From an uncultured bacterium (GTDB lineage Bacteria; Zixibacteria; MSB-5A5; JAABVY01; JAHJOQ01): a stretch of 38,303 nt of DNA. Position 1 is the stretch's first letter. Each line of letters begins with the position of its first letter. Shown one piece after another: positions 1-6,542 of this stretch. The position numbers were made by a program, and so were the translations under genes. The stretch covers positions 1 to 38,303 of the forward strand of contig CBDUQR010000029.1 in assembly GCA_965369655.1 (NCBI GenBank), read 5' to 3'. The notes under the pieces are model-generated. The model saw only the letters and a list, made by a program, of their open reading frames with translations, ran no database searches and was not told the origin of the DNA.

Positions 1-2
1 AT

Positions 3-788
3 AAGATTGCGAAGTTCACGATGTATTTGGAATTCATTGGTTTCTTCGGCACTAGCGGCTACGGTGTGAATCAGTTCAACGAACCCTGGAGCATTTCGAA
101 CGCGGGGGGATTCCTCGGAAGTGGCGATATGGCGATAACAGAGGATTGGACCGACAGTTCGGGTATTCAGCGTTACTTCATAGGTACGGACATCACGGAC
201 CTGTGTGTTTCGATGTACCAGGGATCAGAACAGTGCATTTGTGCGTTTCAGTTCATGCACGTCGACTATGGAAAAGTGACCATCAGAGTGTACGACGAAT
301 CTTCGAATCTGATCAGGACCATTTGCTCCAGCGAGCCAATGGTCTCCGGCACTCAGGTGGAGTATTGGGATGGCAACGATCTCCAGGGTGATCCTGTTCC
401 CAACGGCAACTACAGGGTGGAAGTTGTTGATACGGCAGCCTATTTTTCGGCCGAAACAGGCGAGCCGGTGAACACAGTTACACGCAACATCTGGTTCTAT
501 TTCTGTGACCTTGATTTCTGTGATTCCGGCGAGGGCGCCGACTATGGTCCCGGCGAGTGCAACAGGTCTGGAGCAATCGACATCGACGATGTGGTTTGCG
601 TTATAAACGTGATCTTCGGCGGTGGTCCCACATGGTGCTTCCCATACAGCGGTGACGCCGATGGCAATGGGTTCGTTGACGTAGACGATGTGGTCTACCT
701 GATCAACTACATCTATGGTGGTGGCCCGCCCCCTCCGACATGTCAGGAATGGGTCAACAGCAACGGAGTACCTGCCTGCGCAAAGTAA
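3..788 (+). CDS. C-terminal part (5'-truncated by the window) of a secreted/surface protein: NHL-like repeat, FlgD Ig-like domain, type I dockerin-like domain
   Basis: Frame is open from the window edge (KIAKFTMYLEF...). NHL-like 'FGTSGYGVNQFNEPWSIS'; FlgD-type 'VTIRVYD...LIRTI...WDGNDLQGDPVPNGNY'; duplicated Ca-binding dockerin motifs 'GECNRSGAIDIDDVVCVINVIFGGGP' and 'GDADGNGFVDVDDVVYLINYIYGGGPPP'. Confidence 0.8.
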   Translation, partial: KIAKFTMYLEFIGFFGTSGYGVNQFNEPWSISNAGGFLGSGDMAITEDWTDSSGIQRYFIGTDITDLCVSMYQGSEQCICAFQFMHVDYGKVTIRVYDESSNLIRTICSSEPMVSGTQVEYWDGNDLQGDPVPNGNYRVEVVDTAAYFSAETGEPVNTVTRNIWFYFCDLDFCDSGEGADYGPGECNRSGAIDIDDVVCVINVIFGGGPTWCFPYSGDADGNGFVDVDDVVYLINYIYGGGPPPPTCQEWVNSNGVPACAK

Positions 789-812
789 GTTCGGGCTGTC
801 TGCTTAGATATG

Positions 813-841
813 AAAAAACGGCTGCCTTGTGGCAGCCGTTT
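813..841. terminator. Intrinsic terminator, probably bidirectional, between convergent genes
   Basis: Perfect stem AAACGGCTGCC-ttgt-GGCAGCCGTTT. The A6 run gives a U-tract on the minus strand, and TTT ends the stem on the plus strand. Confidence 0.85.
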
Positions 842-868
842 CGTATTCGCGAATATGCAGATGCGCTG

Positions 869-1390
869 CTATTTCACTTCGAGCAGTTCGACATCGAAGA
901 CCAGTGTCGAGTTCGGTGGAATGACCGGCGGAGAGCCGCGCAGGCCGTAACCAAGCTCAGCAGGGATGATCAGCAGACGCTGTCCGCCAACTTTCATCGA
1001 GGCAACGCCCTCGTCCCATCCTTTGATCACACGTCCCTGACCAATCGGGAATGGGAACGGTTTTCCGCGATCGCGCGATGAATCGAATTTCTTGCCGTCA
1101 GTCAGCCAGCCAGTGTAGTGCATCACACAGGTCTGACCAGTCGTTGGCGATGCGCCGTCGCCGACCTTCATGTCGATATACTTGAGTCCTGTTTCGGTTG
1201 TGATCGTGTCGCCATCTATCTGCGGCAACTCAGCCGACAATTTCTCCAGCTCTGGTTGTTGAGCAACGGTTTCCGTAGCAGCGGGCTTCTCGCTCGGCGT
1301 CTCCTCCACTGTACCTTCCTCAGTCGCGTCGTTGCAGCCGATGAACGCAATCAGCATCAGCGCAGTCAGGATTAAAACCAATGTCTTCAT
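869..1390 (-). CDS. FKBP-type peptidyl-prolyl cis-trans isomerase, lipoprotein
   Basis: FKBP motifs 'HYTGWLTDGKKFDSSRDRGKPF', 'VIKGWDEG', 'IPPNSTLVFDVELL'. Start reassigned to ATG 1390 (GGAGGAG RBS; signal peptide and lipobox FIGC). Confidence 0.95.
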   Translation of the reverse strand: MKTLVLILTALMLIAFIGCNDATEEGTVEETPSEKPAATETVAQQPELEKLSAELPQIDGDTITTETGLKYIDMKVGDGASPTTGQTCVMHYTGWLTDGKKFDSSRDRGKPFPFPIGQGRVIKGWDEGVASMKVGGQRLLIIPAELGYGLRGSPPVIPPNSTLVFDVELLEVK

Positions 1391-1535
1391 TGAACTCCTC
1401 CAATTCATCATCAGGTTCGATTTGAATAATGGTCGAAGATATGAATTCTCAGATCGAATGCAACAATAAATCTTCTGTTGAATCGATGTCGGATTGAACG
1501 TTCCGGCAGGATTCGAGTCTGAAGATTGTCGGTAC

Positions 1536-1574
1536 AAGAAAAGTCCCCATCCACCTGCCGCTGCGGATGGGGAC
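1536..1574 (-). terminator. Intrinsic terminator closing a short sigma54-driven transcript
   Basis: Minus strand reads GTCCCCATCCGC-agcggcag-GTGGATGGGGAC-TTTTCTT: a 12-bp stem (one G-U pair) plus U-tract. Confidence 0.85.
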
Positions 1575-1663
1575 CGCCCAAAACCATAGTACTGTTAAAG
1601 CAAGAGATGCTCAACTCTCCTGTTCGGAGCCAACCAAAGGCTTGCTTTGACGTATATGCCGAC
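1536..1663 (-). ncRNA. Candidate sigma54-dependent small RNA (~125 nt)
   Basis: Bounded by a consensus -24/-12 promoter and a strong terminator. Internal helix AAAGCAAG/CTTGCTTT (1641-1648 with 1597-1604) encloses hairpin CTCC-GAACA-GGAG. No credible ORF. The 5' end is estimated from promoter geometry. Confidence 0.6.
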
Positions 1664-1672
1664 AACAGACTA

Positions 1673-1690
1673 TTGCAACGATCATGCCAA
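1673..1690 (-). promoter_or_regulatory. Sigma54 (RpoN) -24/-12 promoter
   Basis: Minus strand TTGGCATGATCGTTGCAA has exact GG-N10-GC spacing and lies ~230 bp downstream of a sigma54 activator gene. An IHF-like core CAA-N4-TTG sits at 1726-1735. Confidence 0.8.
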
Positions 1691-1833
1691 CGCACGTTTC
1701 GCAGCCAATCTGTGATTGTCGCTCGCAAGTGATTGTATTGTGTGGGGTTACGTGATTCAGCCGATAATTCGGATTTCGTGGTCTTGGGCTGAAATATCAC
1801 TGAGAGCGCAGATCCTGCTTCCGGTCAACAGCA

Positions 1834-1862
1834 AGAGCCGGTTACGTTCTGTAACCGGCTCT
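1834..1862. terminator. Perfect inverted repeat: terminator of the activator gene or an upstream activator site
   Basis: AGAGCCGGTTAC-gttct-GTAACCGGCTCT with 12-bp arms and only a weak U-tract; ~60 bp after the activator stop and ~145-170 bp upstream of the sigma54 promoter. Confidence 0.55.
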
Positions 1863-1920
1863 GCCACTTGCGATTATCCGAGTGCGCAGGACTCGGGGGG
1901 AGATAATCATATTTCGCGCA

Positions 1921-4152
1921 TCAAATCTTCAACCGCTTGATCTTCGACCGAAGTGTTGCTTCGGGTATCTGAAGCAGTTTTGCTGCCTTTCGTATCACGC
2001 CACTGGTCGAACGAAGCGCCTGCTGAATCCTTTCTCTCTCAAAAGTCGCAACCTGTCCTGCCAGACCTGACGGATAATGGAGTTGCGTCTCTTGCGAAGG
2101 ATCGCCGAGTTTGGCGTCGAGAGTTTCGATTACTGCCGCATGATCGCCTTCGCATTCGAGCGCCATGAGTTGAACCTCGTTTCGGAGTTCCCGGACATTC
2201 CCGGGCCACCCGTAGCTGATAATGTTCCGGATTCTATTCTCATTGAACAAGCCCTTCTGACCCCGAATATCCATGCCATTCTCCGCCATGAAGAACTTCA
2301 TCAGAGCTACGAGGTCCTCTTGTCTCTGCCTGAGAGGCGGGAGATCGAGTGTCATCACAGCGATCCTGAAATAGAGATCGCGGCGGAACTGCCCTGTCTC
2401 AATGTTCTCCTCCAGGTCGCGATTGGTCGCGGTGATCAGCCTGAAGTTTACAGGCTGGGCAACGGTATCGCCGACCCTGACCACTTTCTTTTCCTCAAGA
2501 CATCCGAGCAACTTCGCCTGTAGTGCGATTGGCAGGTCACCGATTTCGTTGAGAAACAGGGTCCCGCCATCCGATGCCGTGATCAGACCTTCTTTATTCT
2601 CGAGGGCGTTTGTGAACGCTCCCTTGACATGACCGAAGAGTTCGCTTTCGGCAAGCTCCTTCGGTATTGCCGAGCAATTGACTGCCACAAAGCGCCCGCC
2701 TGAACGGTTGGACGAATTGTGAATGAATTTCGCAAGGAGGTCTTTTCCGGTTCCGGTCTCGCCCGTAATGAGTATCGGAATGTCCGAGTCTTTGCAGTGA
2801 TCGACAATTCGAAGAATCGACCGCATCTGCTTGTTCGCGGTGATGATTTGTACGGAATCGCCCGACGCGCCGGTCACGGCGTACACATGTCGGTTCGGTC
2901 GATCTGGAACGGTCGGCTTCGGTTCTCTGATCAGATCGGCTTCGAGTCCGATCGAGCCGAGGAGGTCGGTCGCCATGACACGATAGAAGACGCGAGTGCT
3001 ATTGTCGAGCCATGTCAACTGCGCAGCCTGCTCGTAGCAGTCGGCCAGTTCATACGTGGCTTTGAGTTGCTGGAGGAGAGCAATCGCATATTCTATCTGC
3101 TGTCTGCTGTCGGTCGATGCTCCTTTGCGGTCCGAGATCAGCGCGAGCAGTTTCGTGCTTTCGGCGATCTCCAGCTTTTCATCGATCCGTTCGGCGACGT
3201 GGAGAGCCTTGCTGGCGGCATCCTCAGCCTCATCGTATCTTCGCATCCGGTAGAGAATGCCCGCTTTGATTCTTTCCGACTGGCTGATCAGGTCGCCGTC
3301 CGAGGCGATATCGCGCCCCTGCTCGATGGCGGATTGAATCGATGCGAGAGCCTCATCGAGACTGCCGGTTGCTGCCTGAAGTTCGGCTCGGTACTCGAAA
3401 TAGATGGCCAGTTCGCGCTTGAGATCGTGTTCTCGTATTATGGAGAGTGCGTTTCTGAGATTTCGGCGGGCCGAATCATAGTTGGCAAGCCGTATTTCGA
3501 CCAGCGCGAGCGACAGGAAAGCTTTCGAGAGACTGACGTCATTCCCGAGTTTTCCGTGTTTCTCGATCGATATCGAGAGCTTGTCCACGGCATAATTGAA
3601 TCGGCCCTGGCGCAGTGCGATTCGTCCTATGTTGCCGCTGATCCTGGCGAGACGCAATTCATCGCCAAGTTCATCTGCGTAATGCCAGGCTTCGTCGAGA
3701 AGCCTGCGCGCCTCATCGTAGTCTGCTCTGAGATAGCGGATACCGGCAATCCTGTTGAGGGTGTCTATGACGCCCTCGACATCTCCCATGCGTCTGAAAC
3801 TGGCGGCCACATCGCGATACTCGCGGTCGCTCCTGTCTGTTTCGCCCAGATATTGATGAGCTCTCGCGAGTTCAGTCTGTATTCTGGCCAGCAATGCATG
3901 ATCAGACGTCTGGCGGACCAACTCGTACGCCTCGGCGGCAATCCTGAGCGCGTCCCGGTAGTCACCGGTCTGGTTCAGGAATGTCGCTTTGTGAAGCAGG
4001 AACTCCGGTGAGGTCGACACCTCCTCCCGGAACTCCGATTCGAGTTGCCAAAGCTTATCCGCCGCCTTCCTGAGGTCGCGGCGAGCGCAGTATCGCTCGA
4101 ATTCCGCAAGCTCACCGGCAAGTTTTGGGCTGTCTGTCTTTGGCACTTGCAT
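1921..4152 (-). CDS. TPR-repeat sigma54-dependent enhancer-binding protein (TPR-AAA+-Fis HTH), 743 aa
   Basis: N-terminal ~400 aa of TPR-like helical repeats; Walker A GETGTGKD; 'ESELFGHVKGAFTNA'; Walker B variant LFLNEI; 'WPGNVREL'; C-terminal HTH 'IRKAAKLLQIPEATLRSKI'. Start ATG 4152 overlaps the upstream stop (TGATG). Confidence 0.93.
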   Translation of the reverse strand: MQVPKTDSPKLAGELAEFERYCARRDLRKAADKLWQLESEFREEVSTSPEFLLHKATFLNQTGDYRDALRIAAEAYELVRQTSDHALLARIQTELARAHQYLGETDRSDREYRDVAASFRRMGDVEGVIDTLNRIAGIRYLRADYDEARRLLDEAWHYADELGDELRLARISGNIGRIALRQGRFNYAVDKLSISIEKHGKLGNDVSLSKAFLSLALVEIRLANYDSARRNLRNALSIIREHDLKRELAIYFEYRAELQAATGSLDEALASIQSAIEQGRDIASDGDLISQSERIKAGILYRMRRYDEAEDAASKALHVAERIDEKLEIAESTKLLALISDRKGASTDSRQQIEYAIALLQQLKATYELADCYEQAAQLTWLDNSTRVFYRVMATDLLGSIGLEADLIREPKPTVPDRPNRHVYAVTGASGDSVQIITANKQMRSILRIVDHCKDSDIPILITGETGTGKDLLAKFIHNSSNRSGGRFVAVNCSAIPKELAESELFGHVKGAFTNALENKEGLITASDGGTLFLNEIGDLPIALQAKLLGCLEEKKVVRVGDTVAQPVNFRLITATNRDLEENIETGQFRRDLYFRIAVMTLDLPPLRQRQEDLVALMKFFMAENGMDIRGQKGLFNENRIRNIISYGWPGNVRELRNEVQLMALECEGDHAAVIETLDAKLGDPSQETQLHYPSGLAGQVATFERERIQQALRSTSGVIRKAAKLLQIPEATLRSKIKRLKI

Positions 4153-4493
4153 CACTTGGTCAGCTTTCCTGGCACATTCCTGGTTCCCACCGTGCGTGGT
4201 TGTTCGATCTTGATCGTGTACGTCTTGATGGTGGTGAACCAGAACCTGAAGATTGACCACTGGATGAGCTTCCCGCCGGTCGGGATGTCTGGATAGATCA
4301 TGGTGTTTCCGGGATCGTCGTCGTTGTTGTCATCCCACGGATCACCCTCGATGACTCCTCCGCCCGGATCATCGCCCGGAGGCGGATCTGTAATTACATC
4401 CTGTCCAAGTTTGTTTCTGGCGCTCAGAGAGGATACGCTCCCGATCGCGAAGATCAGGATCACAGCTAAAATGAGAAGTTTTCTGAGTTTCAT
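4152..4493 (-). CDS. Small secreted protein / putative signalling pro-peptide (113 aa)
   Basis: AAGGAG RBS; Sec signal peptide (MKLRKLLILAVILIFAIGSVSSLSA); low-complexity Asp/Pro/Gly core (DPPPGDDPGGG, EGDPWDDNNDDDPG); Trp/Phe-rich segment and basic tail. Its stop overlaps the activator start. Confidence 0.8.
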   Translation of the reverse strand: MKLRKLLILAVILIFAIGSVSSLSARNKLGQDVITDPPPGDDPGGGVIEGDPWDDNNDDDPGNTMIYPDIPTGGKLIQWSIFRFWFTTIKTYTIKIEQPRTVGTRNVPGKLTK

Positions 4494-4626
4494 CGCGCTC
4501 TCCTTGATATGATAAATGACATTGCTACCTACTCATAGATTTAGACGGATAGCACATATAATTCGTTCAATGCCAGGATTTGGCGATGAAGCAAAAGAAG
4601 GGGATGGTACGTCAGTTACCATTAAT

Positions 4627-4655
4627 ATGGTAGCACCTAATACGCGGAAAGTCAA
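4627..4655 (-). promoter_or_regulatory. Sigma70-type promoter for the peptide-activator operon
   Basis: Minus strand TTGACT-17 nt-TACCAT with an extended -10 TG; the palindrome TCAAG-N6-CTTGA (4652-4667) overlaps the -35. Confidence 0.65.
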
Positions 4656-4658
4656 GTA

Positions 4659-4884
4659 ATATCTTGAGTTACGGCGGCAGTTCTGAGGCTGTTCCGTAAG
4701 GTGGTTTCGCCGGGTCTTGGCGACGATGGAGTCGTCGGTGTGACCTGGCGATCTCTTGAAAGCTGTTGCCAGACATCGTTTCCATTTTTCGGTCACCGAT
4801 CCCGATCCCCGAGGGACCGGCAGTTCACACGCCCGCCTTCGGCGGACGCAAGAACCGCCGGAACAGGTATATCTTGAGTTACGG
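4659..4884. repeat. 16-bp direct repeats flanking a hairpin-rich ~200-bp segment
   Basis: ATATCTTGAGTTACGG at 4659-4674 and 4869-4884. Interior stems include TCGCCGGGTC/GACCTGGCGA and CCGCC-TTC-GGCGG. Confidence 0.7.
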
Positions 4885-4911
4885 TGGGGGTTCTAATCAG
4901 TTCCTCGATAT

Positions 4912-5121
4912 TCAGTATCTAATGTAAAATGGCAATGCCATCAAGACAACGCCAATCAGAATGATCAGGAATATGTTGTGGACGAAGTATGGAAAAGCAC
5001 ACAAAACGACGCCGGCAAGGAGTGGTATTCCCTGATGTTGTCTCCTGCCATATACAAGATACCCCATACCGATCGCGCCGAATAACACGGCAGATATTAT
5101 TGATGTCGGACTGTCCATCAT
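4912..5121 (-). CDS. Small hydrophobic membrane protein (69 aa), function unknown
   Basis: Three hydrophobic segments; 'LFGAIGMGYLVYGRRQ...PYFV' pattern resembles a widespread small hypothetical family; GAAGGA upstream. Confidence 0.75.
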   Translation of the reverse strand: MMDSPTSIISAVLFGAIGMGYLVYGRRQHQGIPLLAGVVLCAFPYFVHNIFLIILIGVVLMALPFYIRY

Positions 5122-5333
5122 AACATTATTATCGGCTGTTCCTTCGTTCGATCCATCTTCGCGATCCCGTGAGTACGATGTAGAATGGAATCTCTGCGGA
5201 AACCAGGGCCATTTGTACTTGATTCGATGGGGATAACCCGTTTACTTGTCATATAGACACTCAACTTCAGGTTGAACAAAAAGTCGGGATGATCGTTAGA
5301 ACTGTTAGAAGAACGAATTCAGGCAGAGTGAAA

Positions 5334-6512
5334 ATGCAAATCCGAACATACATGTACACAATTGGCTTAGTGTCTTTATTGCTGTTTCTTACGAATAGCT
5401 GCGGTAGCAAATCTGAAGATCCGATCATCGAGCCGGATCGTTATGGAACCATCACAGGATTTGTCTATCTTGAAGGCACTAACAAGCGACTTTCGGATGT
5501 GACAATCACCATTGATGGTCGCGCAGATACGACATTGAGCGGTGGCAGCACTGGCAGATACACGATTGACAGCATCCTTGTCGGTAGACACACGCTGACT
5601 GCGACACGCGATGAATACCACATGCTCTCGGTCGAAATCGATGTCCCGGACTTTCTTGTCTACAACATTGATCTCCAGATCGCGATCGATGTCGGGAATC
5701 TCCGCGGATTCGTGTGGCACCCAAAGGAGCAGTATGTCGGAAGCGCGCTTATTTCCGTCGGTGGCGAGCCCGTTGGTGCCAAGTCGACCTATTCGATCCC
5801 GGATGGAAGCTACGAAATTCTGAATGTGCCGGTGGGCGAACAGGTCATTACCTGTGACATGTTCAGCTTTCATCCCTATGAAGACACCGTCGTGATCAGC
5901 GGGTCCAGCAACGTATTCGAGATTGTATTGAGCAAGACGTTTAATGACACGATACCCATATCCTTCGATGCTACCGTGGAATGGAGTGACCTGGATCCAG
6001 GTCTGGCAAACACAAACCGGGGATCGGAATCGAAGCTCTCCGTTCTTCACTCCGCAGAAGGCGGCGGAATCGTCGACAACCGGATATTCATCGGATTGCC
6101 ATCGCTGGATCCGTTCGTTGATGTCTCCGTGTTGGAGTTCGCCACTCTTGTGCTCGCCGAAGCGGTCAGCGAGGGTATCTCCGCCGATGCAATGAGAGAC
6201 CCTCCATCACTTGTTGTGCGACGAGTTCTCGAACCCTGGCTTGAGATGAGCATCACCTGGATTACGATGCCTGATGTCGATACGTCCGAGGAGTTTGCCG
6301 AAATCGTGTGGCAGACTGCACACTACTGGTATGCTCGCATTGACATAATGAAAGCGTATACGGACGAAATCGGTCCAACATACGGGATCAGAATCGCCGC
6401 GCTCTCCGATGAACAGAACCGGCTTGTATATGAATCCATCAGCTTCCATTCCAGCGAAACAAACTCCCCAAGAAGAGTGACGCCCTACGTAATCATGAAG
6501 TACACAATCTGA
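5334..6512 (+). CDS. Lipoprotein with two carboxypeptidase-regulatory-like (beta-sandwich) domains and a C-terminal DNRLRE/CBM96-like domain
   Basis: Lipobox-like TNSC; repeats 'GTITGFVY...GRYTIDSILVGRHTLTATR' and 'GNLRGFV...DGSYEILNVPVGEQVITC'; C-terminal 'DATV...ANTNRG...RRVLEPWLEMSITWITMP...FHSSE...PYVIMKY'. Start uncertain (5289/5334/5352). Confidence 0.75.
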   Translation: MQIRTYMYTIGLVSLLLFLTNSCGSKSEDPIIEPDRYGTITGFVYLEGTNKRLSDVTITIDGRADTTLSGGSTGRYTIDSILVGRHTLTATRDEYHMLSVEIDVPDFLVYNIDLQIAIDVGNLRGFVWHPKEQYVGSALISVGGEPVGAKSTYSIPDGSYEILNVPVGEQVITCDMFSFHPYEDTVVISGSSNVFEIVLSKTFNDTIPISFDATVEWSDLDPGLANTNRGSESKLSVLHSAEGGGIVDNRIFIGLPSLDPFVDVSVLEFATLVLAEAVSEGISADAMRDPPSLVVRRVLEPWLEMSITWITMPDVDTSEEFAEIVWQTAHYWYARIDIMKAYTDEIGPTYGIRIAALSDEQNRLVYESISFHSSETNSPRRVTPYVIMKYTI

Positions 6513-6542
6513 CCGCAACCGGCTGTGACGCCTCTTATCTGA

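Noticed and set aside
1411-1800. 129-aa minus-strand ORF crossing the sRNA candidate, including a TTG just after AGGAG
   Set aside because: It runs through a sigma54 promoter and a strong terminator, has no recognisable protein features, and the AGGAG-TTG spacing is too short for an RBS.
2719-4011. 430-aa plus-strand ORF
   Set aside because: Antisense shadow of the TPR activator; no motifs.
4153-4260. N-terminal extension of the activator in the ORF track
   Set aside because: Overlaps the peptide gene; the TGATG-coupled start at 4152 is more plausible.
4575-4610. Possible pairing of the sRNA linker (TGGTTTTGGGCG) with the peptide mRNA 5'UTR (CGCCAAATCC)
   Set aside because: Short, interrupted complementarity that could arise by chance; needs an IntaRNA calculation and conservation support.
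4659-4884. CRISPR array interpretation of the direct repeats
   Set aside because: Only two 16-bp copies, 210 bp apart, and no cas genes in the window.
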